DNA from: a virus
Direction: 5' to 3' (one strand)
UHGV virus genome: UHGV-0272092
DNA length: 37,793 bases
The notes beneath the pieces were generated by a model. That model had not been told where the DNA came from. It worked only from the letters and a program-made list of their open reading frames with translations, and searched no databases. Below, piece by piece: positions 28,142 through 35,472 of the stretch. The translations under genes and the position numbers were made by a program. The stretch's first letter is position 1; every line of letters begins with the position of its first letter.

Positions 28142-28182
28142 AGTATTCAAAACCCATCAAATTCATCATGCATAATCTACTC

Positions 28183-28194
28183 GTGACATGTCAC
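28183..28194. promoter_or_regulatory. 12-bp palindrome GTGACATGTCAC (copy 3 of 3), overlapping the stop of the 28191-28538 gene
   Basis: Exact repeat. Confidence 0.5.
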
Positions 28195-28538
28195 ACTATT
28201 AATTTCGTTTCATGCCAGCCTTTAGTCACCCAGCATTGCGAGTCACCATTACACGGGCATGAATTAACTGGAACTCTCTCGCCGCACTTACCGCAACATT
28301 TTCTGCTGATCGATTTTATACGCCCGCGCACGCGTGCATCATCCTGGCGGATCAGTAACGCGATGTACTCGGCCATTTCATAGGGATCGCGACCAGGGCG
28401 CCGGGCGGCGCAGTTCCGCGCCAGCATTTCCTGCTCCTGCTTATCCAGCACCAGTTCAATTTTGCGCTCACCGGCGGCGGACTGCCGAGCGCGCTGCGCG
28501 GCTTTGCGTTCTGCGGGGGATTTAGCCACGAATCGCAC
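28191..28538 (-). CDS. Cys-rich small protein (about 111-115 aa), candidate late-gene regulator
   Basis: C-terminal Cys cluster CCGKCG...CPCNGDSQC; last gene before the terminase-proximal terminator. Track start is GTG; a second GTG with RBS GGAG is at 28526. Confidence 0.45.
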   Translation of the reverse strand: MRFVAKSPAERKAAQRARQSAAGERKIELVLDKQEQEMLARNCAARRPGRDPYEMAEYIALLIRQDDARVRGRIKSISRKCCGKCGERVPVNSCPCNGDSQCWVTKGWHETKLIV

Positions 28539-28644
28539 TCCACGCCAGATTGATTAATGACTCCCAGGTAATATAAACCCGGATACCAGCAGCCAGGCCG
28601 AAACCAATCACCATGGCATAAAGCAGAGCGTTGCACTTGTTCAT
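28522..28644 (-). CDS. small hydrophobic protein (40 aa, single TM)
   Basis: RBS AGGAGG 8 nt upstream of ATG 28644; ATGA overlap with the DUF551 gene stop. Confidence 0.4.
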   Translation of the reverse strand: MNKCNALLYAMVIGFGLAAGIRVYITWESLINLAWSAIRG

Positions 28645-29651
28645 CACTTCACCTCCTGCGGCGGTTCTGGTAGCGGCATCCAGAACAAGGCGTTCCCTAA
28701 CCACGATAAAGTGCCGTCGCTCAACTCCACGTATTCCCCTTGTACCTGTCCTGCCATATACTCGCCGTGCTTTGAATAAATTAAAATCCAATCATCTTGA
28801 GGGGGCATTCGCTCACTACAGCTTATCCAACCATCCGGAGTCACCGGAAGCGAGAACGGCAGCACATCTCTGTGAACAAGTTTTTGCTGTGACAGGTTAT
28901 CCAGAACTTTCTGTACTGCTGCATCACCGAATACACCAAGCGCATCTGCCATAACTCCTACAACCTGATAAGCCTCAGCGCATACCGTGGATAAACCATC
29001 CGGAATATCCGGATAGTTGCCTGCCAGTCTACGCAAAACAGCCTTAACAGCCTCAATACGGTCATCATCGTAACTTTCCGCCGTATCTATGCGGTCGAGC
29101 ATGATGATTGCGTTATCAATATCAGGATTGCCGGTCCACTCATTACCGCGATTGGATTCGGCAGCCTGGTTGCCGCGTACTGGTTGATTGTCGGCTTTAC
29201 CCAGTCTGTCGTCGCTGCATGAATGCCCTTCCAGCCAGGCCAATGCTTGTCGCATGAAATACGCAATATGTTTGCCGTGGTAATCGTCTTCATCGATGTG
29301 AAAAGCGATACTACGAATGTATTCAATTGCGTTTTCAATGGCCTCTAACGCTATCGGCGCTGGCGGAGTGGTATATAGTTTTCGACATTTGTATATCCAA
29401 CCGGCATGGTCAGGCGTGTCTGTAAAACGCAAATCGTCTTCGTAGCACTCACGACTACGTTCTTTCCATTCCGTCCACGGAACACCGCTATTCCAGGTGG
29501 GGCGAGTGCAGGACTGATACAGAACAGGCTCTGCTTCCAGCGATGCCAGAGCAATTTCATAAGCCAGGCGCTCAATATTGTCTCGCACGTCCAGGCTGCC
29601 GATTCGCTCTCTGATTTCTTTAATCAGTTCTTTGTCGGTAAAAGTTGTCAT
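28644..29651 (-). CDS. DUF551-domain protein (335 aa)
   Basis: C-terminal segment DDWILIYSKHGEYMAG...LFWMPLPEPP matches my recollection of DUF551. Confidence 0.55.
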   Translation of the reverse strand: MTTFTDKELIKEIRERIGSLDVRDNIERLAYEIALASLEAEPVLYQSCTRPTWNSGVPWTEWKERSRECYEDDLRFTDTPDHAGWIYKCRKLYTTPPAPIALEAIENAIEYIRSIAFHIDEDDYHGKHIAYFMRQALAWLEGHSCSDDRLGKADNQPVRGNQAAESNRGNEWTGNPDIDNAIIMLDRIDTAESYDDDRIEAVKAVLRRLAGNYPDIPDGLSTVCAEAYQVVGVMADALGVFGDAAVQKVLDNLSQQKLVHRDVLPFSLPVTPDGWISCSERMPPQDDWILIYSKHGEYMAGQVQGEYVELSDGTLSWLGNALFWMPLPEPPQEVK

Positions 29652-29661
29652 GTGTTAGTCC

Positions 29662-29925
29662 TTATCCTGCTGTGCTTTCAACTGATGAGGGGAACAAAAT
29701 CTTTTCATCAAACCCTGCATTCATATCATGAACAGCAACACACCAATCCATTGACGAACGATTATCAAGAGCCTCCATGATTTCATCCATGCGGCGCAGG
29801 TCATACAGGTAAATGCTTTTATCGCCAATGGTGTAAAAACCAATTTTTTTCGGTGATGGGCAGCGATCAAGAACGTCCTGTAATTCATTCAACCATGCCC
29901 GTTCTTTTTTTGTTAAAGTTGCCAT
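29662..29925 (-). CDS. hypothetical protein (87 aa)
   Basis: ATG preceded by AAGGAGAG within the conserved junction cassette. Confidence 0.45.
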   Translation of the reverse strand: MATLTKKERAWLNELQDVLDRCPSPKKIGFYTIGDKSIYLYDLRRMDEIMEALDNRSSMDWCVAVHDMNAGFDEKILFPSSVESTAG

Positions 29926-29926
29926 A

Positions 29927-30418
29927 TCACTCTCCTTTGATGCGAATGCCAGTGGTACTCATTCTCCTGATTTCCCAGAGCACACGAGGAACACCACCGT
30001 TTCCGACCGGATCGCGTTTACTCCGCAGGGCGACGCTTGATTCCGCCCAGCTTTTTCTTGGAGGAAGCTCTTTCACACGAACAAAACCAGCTGCGCGAAG
30101 AGATGCTCCTGATTCATCTGCCCGGGTGTACGTAATACAACGTTGATAACCCATAGCTTTTGCTGCCCGCCAGACAGCACCATAAAGCGCGCTGTTAGCG
30201 TTGCGTTCTCCTGTGGTACATGTGCGATTTACTTCAAGCGTTAATCCATCGTCCAAATGTCGTGCAACAGGTCGACCGGCTGTCGCCACACCTATCAATT
30301 CTCCGGCATCATTTCTCAGACCAATGCTGAATTTATGCCCCACCGGGGGTTTATTGTGTCGGTGATGTCTGGATATAAATGCCTTCGCAACACGAAGAGT
30401 AACCGGTGAAATCTGCAC
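29927..30418 (-). CDS. GNAT-like fold protein (putative N-acyltransferase), about 163 aa
   Basis: Pattern IGVATAGRP ... NANSALYGAVWRAAKAMGY ... ASLRAAGF is consistent with a GNAT-type fold. Start set at GTG 30418 (AAGGAG 7 nt upstream); track start is TTG 30457. Confidence 0.4.
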   Translation of the reverse strand: MQISPVTLRVAKAFISRHHRHNKPPVGHKFSIGLRNDAGELIGVATAGRPVARHLDDGLTLEVNRTCTTGERNANSALYGAVWRAAKAMGYQRCITYTRADESGASLRAAGFVRVKELPPRKSWAESSVALRSKRDPVGNGGVPRVLWEIRRMSTTGIRIKGE

Positions 30419-30420
30419 TC

Positions 30421-31149
30421 TCACTCTCCTTTGATACCAATGTTTACAGTCTGGCAAGCTTCTCTGAGCACCCAGTCAATAGCGTCTTTCCATGCTCCGG
30501 TTTCGACTGACGGATTTTCACGCTTAACCTGTTCATAGAAGCGCACTGCTTTAACCAGTCCTTCCGGTACTACTGGCGATGGCTGTTTAGCTTCTAAATC
30601 AGCAATTCTGTCAACCACGGCATCGACAGCATCTGAAAAGCCGAACCAGTTACTCCACTCCGGTCTGTCCCCGGTTGCTGCAAAGTACATATCAGCTAAA
30701 GCAGACTCAGCATGGTCACGCTCATTGATGAGTTGCTCTTCGCTTTTCTCCAGTTCAGCAATACGATTACTTCCATCCGAGATAACACCTTCGTAATACT
30801 CACGCTGCTCGTTGAGTTTTGATTTTGTCTCCTCAAGCTCAACACGCAGCTTCCCTACCGTTAGCGCAATATCCTCGTTCTCCTGGTCGCGGCGTTTGAT
30901 GTATTGCTGGTTTCTTTCCCGTTCATCCAGCAGTGCAAGCACGGTAGCCGGATTAGCCTTGGCAACAAAATCCCGGACTGGCTTACAATCAATCTCCGCA
31001 ATGGGTTGATACGATGTGTAGCCATGCTGTCTTGTATAACTACCGTGACGAATAACGAAAAAATCACCATTTATTTTTTTAGCCTGCCACTTATCTTCAC
31101 CGGCTTTCTCTGCCGCTTCACGCAGTGCATGATAGTTAATTTTGTTCAC
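30421..31149 (-). CDS. Ead/Ea22-like protein (242 aa)
   Basis: Coiled-coil central region and overall resemblance to Ea22-like early proteins of lambdoid phages, from memory. Confidence 0.45.
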   Translation of the reverse strand: MNKINYHALREAAEKAGEDKWQAKKINGDFFVIRHGSYTRQHGYTSYQPIAEIDCKPVRDFVAKANPATVLALLDERERNQQYIKRRDQENEDIALTVGKLRVELEETKSKLNEQREYYEGVISDGSNRIAELEKSEEQLINERDHAESALADMYFAATGDRPEWSNWFGFSDAVDAVVDRIADLEAKQPSPVVPEGLVKAVRFYEQVKRENPSVETGAWKDAIDWVLREACQTVNIGIKGE

Positions 31150-31751
31150 TGGTTGCCTCCTTTGCGAAGCTCTGCGGCAAAGTCAACTAACCACTCGGTC
31201 ATTTCAACCTTCCCTACCAGGTCTGAACCAGGAAACATACAGCAATCACTCTGCGCCGCTTTGAAATCCTTATACTCATATTCCTGAGCCACCAGATTTT
31301 TTGCAGCTTCTATAACAGCATCCACCCCCTGCGCCCGTACTTCAGCCAGGAAAGCGTCGGTGGCTTGGGTTTCGATATCGTTAATTTCAGGAAGAATCTC
31401 TTCCCATGTAGCGATATCGCCATTCAAATGCCATCCGGCAATTCCACTGGAGTTATCCGCAACACTGCGAACGGCTTCAATAGTTTCATGCATTGCCGCA
31501 TTCTCCGCTGCCAGCGCCGAAAACTTCTCGTGTGCCAACTTAACAGCCGCATCAGCCTGCTTAATTGACTCAATCGCTTTCTGCTGGTCTTCGGCCAGCG
31601 CATTAGCACGCACCAGTTGCACTTCCAGTTGCGTTGCCAAATCGCTGATCAGCTTTGCCACACTGCGCATATCAACGGCACCACATTCTGCTTTCAGTTC
31701 CGAAGCCATCTCATGCCCGGCGGCAACTAACCCTTTGATATTACTTTCCAT
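31146..31751 (-). CDS. Ead/Ea22-like protein (201 aa)
   Basis: Ala/Glu-rich coiled-coil protein, 4-nt overlap with the downstream gene. Confidence 0.4.
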   Translation of the reverse strand: MESNIKGLVAAGHEMASELKAECGAVDMRSVAKLISDLATQLEVQLVRANALAEDQQKAIESIKQADAAVKLAHEKFSALAAENAAMHETIEAVRSVADNSSGIAGWHLNGDIATWEEILPEINDIETQATDAFLAEVRAQGVDAVIEAAKNLVAQEYEYKDFKAAQSDCCMFPGSDLVGKVEMTEWLVDFAAELRKGGNQ

Positions 31752-31812
31752 CTTTACCCTCGCTTATCCACATAACTTATTGATTACATTGATAACTAAA
31801 AAGATCGTCGAT

Positions 31813-32157
31813 TCAGAACTCTTCGATGTTCCAGCCACCACCTGCTTTCTTTGGTTTAACCGTTACCCCGATGATTCGGAACGGATACTGATCTGCGGCG
31901 ACTTTGGTTTTCACCCTGGCGTCGTCGGTCCAGAAACCTTTCACTTCGTGCAGTTCCATCTCTCCGGTGGCGAGCATCACAGCGAAATCGGGCGTATAGA
32001 ACGTGTTGTCAGCTAACCGCAGCTTGATACCCTCGAATCGATACCAGGCGATTTCCCCTGCACGTTTACGCTGCTCAAGGTGCTGGCAATACGCAGATTC
32101 TGTTTTGTTCATCTGGCCTGTTTTGAGTCGACCAAGAGCCTGTATCTGTTTTCTCAT
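31813..32157 (-). CDS. DUF1064-family protein (putative nuclease-fold protein)
   Basis: 114 aa; resemblance to DUF1064 proteins found next to phage replication genes. Start codon lies 3 nt from an operator-like palindrome. Confidence 0.45.
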   Translation of the reverse strand: MRKQIQALGRLKTGQMNKTESAYCQHLEQRKRAGEIAWYRFEGIKLRLADNTFYTPDFAVMLATGEMELHEVKGFWTDDARVKTKVAADQYPFRIIGVTVKPKKAGGGWNIEEF

Positions 32158-32160
32158 GAT

Positions 32161-32237
32161 TTACCTCTAAGGTAATTGAAAACCATATAAGACACGAAAT
32201 CAATAGAGTTTAGAATATTTTGTTACCTTGTAGGTAA
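32161..32237. promoter_or_regulatory. pair of operator-like palindromes TTACCTCTAAGGTAA (32161-32175) and TTACCTTGTAGGTAA (32223-32237)
   Basis: Two perfect-armed palindromes 62 bp apart between P and the DUF1064 gene. Confidence 0.55.
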
Positions 32238-32274
32238 TTGTTGAGGCGTAAAAAAATGCGCTATCGCGCTGGTA

Positions 32275-33051
32275 TTACTTGATAAATCCTGCCGCCTTTC
32301 CCCGCCTGTATTCCTCCATCAGCCACTGCGCCGGTGTTATTCCCCCAAGGGTGGCGGCGTTAGGCATGCACCCGAAACTTCGCCCTGGTGGATGGTAAAC
32401 GTCTCTCCCTGTGTCCGGAGGTGTACTCATGGGCTCTGGCTTTGCCTGTATGCTGATCACCGGATCGGGTATCTGCTGTCCGGAAGCCACCTTTTTCGCC
32501 CAATCATCGAGCAGCCTGCGCGCGTGTTTCTCAACCTCACTCTCGCTAAGCTGGCGCTGATACATTGCACGACGGGTATCACATACGACCCAGTACATAA
32601 CCGGATGCCGCCACGGGAATCTTTCGGGACCACCAGGATATAAACTTTTTTCCTTGCTGTACCGGTGAAACTCCGCCATCACATCGTCAATGGTGACGCC
32701 AAGAACCATCTTGCTGTCTTTGCACCACTTGATGAATTGCCCTGGCGACGGCCAGAACGGAGATTCACTGGCGCGGGCGTGGCGCATACCAGCGTTAACC
32801 TGTTCCATTGTAGTGATCCCATTCTCCAGAAACGCAAGCATCCATTGCTTACGGAATTCATTAAGTTTGTTCTGCTCCCTTATGGTCGAAACGCTTGCAG
32901 GAAATGCAGCCTGTAACTGGACAAATAGTTCATTGAAAATTCTAGCAACCTGCTCCTTTTTGCCATTGCTGTCACGCCGCTCTTCATGCACAGCAACACC
33001 ATGCTCACGTAAGCGATCGTACTCATTGAGAAGTTCTGGAGTTGATTTCAT
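32275..33051 (-). CDS. replication protein P (lambda P-like helicase loader)
   Basis: Segment FPASVSTIREQNKLNEFRKQWMLAFLENGITTMEQVNAGMRHARASESPFWPSPGQF closely matches lambda P as I recall it. Confidence 0.8.
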   Translation of the reverse strand: MKSTPELLNEYDRLREHGVAVHEERRDSNGKKEQVARIFNELFVQLQAAFPASVSTIREQNKLNEFRKQWMLAFLENGITTMEQVNAGMRHARASESPFWPSPGQFIKWCKDSKMVLGVTIDDVMAEFHRYSKEKSLYPGGPERFPWRHPVMYWVVCDTRRAMYQRQLSESEVEKHARRLLDDWAKKVASGQQIPDPVISIQAKPEPMSTPPDTGRDVYHPPGRSFGCMPNAATLGGITPAQWLMEEYRRGKAAGFIK

Positions 33052-33853
33052 CCCACACCCCTTCTATCCAGTCAGTGTTATTCCAGTCAAGCTCATCGCT
33101 TTTCCCGGCATTTTTTGATTTTCCCCTGATATGATTTACGTGCCTGGCGAATTTTTGTTCCCACTGAACCTGCGTGAACACTTTGCCCTCAGCCATCCAG
33201 TAATCCCGGAATGCAGCAAGTTCAGCAGGTGTAAATTCCGGTTCCGGCAGGGCCGTTCCCCACAGCGCAGCACGCCGCCGAAAATCTGGCGACGGTAGCC
33301 AGCCATCTGTCATCGGAAATTTCCCGATGGGTTCACTCAGGCCATCCAGAAATTCAGGTTCTGCCACCTGCAACGGCGTACTGTTCGCTTCACTGGTCGG
33401 AGCACCCTCGCGCACGTGCGCTATGTGTGGGGTTTTATATATATCTTCCTCTTCCTCTTCCTCTGGTAACTCCTTTTGTAACGCTGTTGGCGTTACTTTT
33501 TGCGTTACTCGTTTTCTATGCTCTGCCACTCTTCTATTCGTAAGTGCACGTTTTTTCGATGATTCTCCATTATGTCGCTCAAAGTTTGGAAGAATTAGTT
33601 TGCCGTCATGATAAGCAAGCCATCCGACGCTAATGAGGGCGTCAGCAAATCCTGTAATAAAAGCGAGTCTATCAAGTACTCCTTTTGTAACGCTGCCAGC
33701 GTTACCGTCTATTGTTTGCTGGTCAGCCCATGCCCATATACGAACCAGCTTTCCAAGAACAGCATCTGGATCAATACCCAGAATTTCTGCTATCTGAAAA
33801 ATTTCAGGTTTATCAGGAGTGATAACTTCAACCTTAATCCAGCTGCTTGCCAT
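33023..33853 (-). CDS. replication initiation protein (O-like replisome organiser)
   Basis: Position immediately upstream of P with overlap; start set at MASSW (RBS GAGGGG). Confidence 0.55.
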   Translation of the reverse strand: MASSWIKVEVITPDKPEIFQIAEILGIDPDAVLGKLVRIWAWADQQTIDGNAGSVTKGVLDRLAFITGFADALISVGWLAYHDGKLILPNFERHNGESSKKRALTNRRVAEHRKRVTQKVTPTALQKELPEEEEEEDIYKTPHIAHVREGAPTSEANSTPLQVAEPEFLDGLSEPIGKFPMTDGWLPSPDFRRRAALWGTALPEPEFTPAELAAFRDYWMAEGKVFTQVQWEQKFARHVNHIRGKSKNAGKSDELDWNNTDWIEGVWDEINSRTSQ

Positions 33854-34046
33854 AGGTTTCCCCTCTTGCACTCTTTAGTGCACAAGCAAATTCATTACGA
33901 TGGCGGTTGGCGCTATTCATTGCACATTCAACACATGTTCCGTTCAGAACATACCTTTCAGAGAGATGGCCGTGACGGCACCGCTTTCCTGTGAAATAGC
34001 GATTTAACCCGGCTTTTGCGGCCTCCATTCTGGTTACTATCTTCAA
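33834..34046 (-). CDS. small zinc-ribbon protein (about 64-70 aa)
   Basis: CRHGH...CVEC motif; located between the Cro-like and O-like genes. Track start is TTG. Confidence 0.4.
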   Translation of the reverse strand: MKIVTRMEAAKAGLNRYFTGKRCRHGHLSERYVLNGTCVECAMNSANRHRNEFACALKSARGETYGKQLD

Positions 34047-34124
34047 TTTTTCCGCCCCTTTTTGTTATTGATATTGACTATTTTGCACAATTGGAAAATT
34101 TGATCAACCAGATTTGGTTTTTTA

Positions 34125-34139
34125 TTACCCTTAAGGTGC
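34125..34139. promoter_or_regulatory. operator-like site TTACCCTTAAGGTGC downstream of the cro terminator
   Basis: Imperfect member of the TTACC-N5-GGTAA family. Confidence 0.4.
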
Positions 34140-34150
34140 GAATAGATATG

Positions 34151-34176
34151 AAAAGACCGCCGGATGGCGGTCTACA
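34151..34176 (-). terminator. tR1-like terminator downstream of the Cro-like gene
   Basis: Stem AGACCGCC / GGCGGTCT with a 4-nt loop; on the minus strand followed by TTTCATATCT. Confidence 0.5.
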
Positions 34177-34194
34177 GAGGGTTGTGGCTGGATA

Positions 34195-34425
34195 TCATGA
34201 GTAGAAGAAGTATGCCAGTTCTGCTTTTGAGCGCAGCCATTGTCTTGTTTTACAGGCTTTAAAAAGCCCATTCATCAATACTTTACCTGGCATTTTGCGC
34301 TTGCCTGTTAAGTGAGTCTGGATATAGTGACTCGTCGTTCCGGCTTCCTGTGCGAAGGCTTCACGCTCATCCGGAGTAAGTGCAAGCCAGTGCTTTTTGA
34401 AATCGAAATGTCCGTTATCGCTCAT
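34195..34425 (-). CDS. Cro/CII-like HTH regulator (76 aa)
   Basis: First gene of the minus-strand early operon next to the operator cluster; helix-turn-helix-like segment AQEAGTTSHYIQTHLTG. Confidence 0.5.
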   Translation of the reverse strand: MSDNGHFDFKKHWLALTPDEREAFAQEAGTTSHYIQTHLTGKRKMPGKVLMNGLFKACKTRQWLRSKAELAYFFYS

Positions 34426-34461
34426 AGCTATTGCCTGATATTTATTTCAGATAATAAATAT

Positions 34462-34523
34462 TCACCCATAAGGTAACAAAAATCAAGGATAGTTACCTAT
34501 GAGGTGCATTTACCTGTTGGGTA
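34462..34523. promoter_or_regulatory. OR-like operator cluster with three sites: TCACCCATAAGGTAA (34462-34476), TTACCTATGAGGTGC (34493-34507), TTACCTGTTGGGTAA (34509-34523)
   Basis: Three 15-bp sites in the divergent intergenic region between the Cro-like and repressor genes. Confidence 0.65.
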
Positions 34524-34579
34524 ATATTGCTTTAAATTGAATCATCTACTGATTCATATATGAGGCGATTTTCCAGAAA

Positions 34580-35164
34580 ATGAAAAGTATCCAGGACGTC
34601 CGCAGGCAAAATCTCAACGACTTGATCGACCGTGAATTCAATGGTGTTCAGACGCGGATGGCAGAAAAACTTGGAACTCAGGCAAATCTGGTAAACCGCT
34701 GGGCTCTTGGCAAGAAGGTTATCGGCGACCAGGTTGCACGAAAAATTGAAGCTGCCGCCAATAAACCCCGTAACTGGCTTGATATTGATCGTTCGCTTTC
34801 TCAGGAGGGTTTTCAGCCTGTCGGCCCGAGCGATATAGGTCAGCTGGCGGCTCACAACCTGGAACGCTGGATGAGCGAAAGCCGCGACCTTTCAACACAG
34901 GGAAAACTTCACCGCGCATCCGGCGTCGCCCAGGTGACAATCAGCCGCCTGTTAAACAATGAGGTCAGCGTTTCCATTTCCACCCTGGAGAATGTTGCAT
35001 CCGCATTCGGGCGTCACGGATATGAACTACTGATTCACCCGCACGACCCTGCGACTATCAACTATGACCGCTCACGCTACGCATTGTTACCCGAAACCGA
35101 GAAAGCAAAGATCGAAAGTTACATTGAATTTGTCATCAACCAGAACGAAAAAAGCAAACAATAA
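34580..35164 (+). CDS. prophage repressor, tandem HTH domains, no S24 peptidase domain
   Basis: Two XRE-type HTH-like segments (TRMAEKLGTQANLVNRWALGKK and ASGVAQVTISRLLNNEVSVS); no Ala-Gly / Ser-Lys autocleavage signature. Confidence 0.65.
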   Translation: MKSIQDVRRQNLNDLIDREFNGVQTRMAEKLGTQANLVNRWALGKKVIGDQVARKIEAAANKPRNWLDIDRSLSQEGFQPVGPSDIGQLAAHNLERWMSESRDLSTQGKLHRASGVAQVTISRLLNNEVSVSISTLENVASAFGRHGYELLIHPHDPATINYDRSRYALLPETEKAKIESYIEFVINQNEKSKQ

Positions 35165-35184
35165 AACTATAGTTTTCAGTAAGT

Positions 35185-35210
35185 AAGCCGCCTCATGGCG
35201 GCTTTTTTAT
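35185..35210 (+). terminator. rho-independent terminator after the repressor gene
   Basis: AGCCGCC-TCAT-GGCGGCT followed by TTTTTT. Confidence 0.65.
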
Positions 35211-35221
35211 TGCCAGATAGA

Positions 35222-35298
35222 TTACCTTACGGGTAATTTTTTTAACTCATATCTATTGACACCAAACCAAATAAGCATAATTATTACCCCAACGGTAA
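35222..35298 (+). promoter_or_regulatory. OL-like region: operators TTACCTTACGGGTAA (35222-35236) and TTACCCCAACGGTAA (35284-35298) flanking a sigma70-like promoter (-35 TTGACA 35256-35261)
   Basis: TTGACA followed 14-16 nt later by CATAAT/ATAATT; the second operator overlaps the start region. Confidence 0.6.
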
Positions 35299-35317
35299 CA
35301 GACCGAGGTAACAAGTT

Positions 35318-35470
35318 ATGCAGTGGAAAATCATCAACGGTTGGTACTGCGTTACTGCATGCGGATTCATGAGCTGGAAGTTCCGCACCTTACAGGAAGG
35401 CATTAAGTGGGCTTTCGTCAGCAAAGAAGCTCGCGATGTAGCCAACGATAACGAGATATGGGAGGGCTGA
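35318..35470 (+). CDS. small protein (50 aa), first gene of the leftward-type early operon
   Basis: ATG with AGGTAA upstream; stop overlaps the start of the next gene. Confidence 0.35.
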   Translation: MQWKIINGWYCVTACGFMSWKFRTLQEGIKWAFVSKEARDVANDNEIWEG

Positions 35471-35472
35471 TA

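Noticed and set aside
27476-28150. Long form of the small terminase ORF (224 aa)
   Set aside because: The extension encodes a poly-Thr/Val stretch and contains the terminator hairpin and direct repeats; the internal ATG at 28072 has an RBS.
29927-30457. GNAT-like gene as the toxin of a GNAT/RHH toxin-antitoxin pair
   Set aside because: No small RHH/antitoxin-like partner is adjacent; neighbours are Ea22-like and an 87-aa gene, and the sequence does not resemble TacT/AtaT-type toxins as I recall them.
5344-32016. Numerous ORFs nested antisense or out of frame inside large genes (for example 5344-5604, 6594-6938, 9879-10340, 12147-12623, 15009-15494, 18727-19416, 23102-23839, 26740-27246, 31360-32016)
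   Set aside because: Contained within longer, better-supported genes on the other strand or frame; typical shadow ORFs.
28191-34425. A recognisable lambda Q-type antiterminator in the early region
   Set aside because: No protein with the size and features I associate with Q family members; the Cys-rich 115-aa protein is only a positional candidate.
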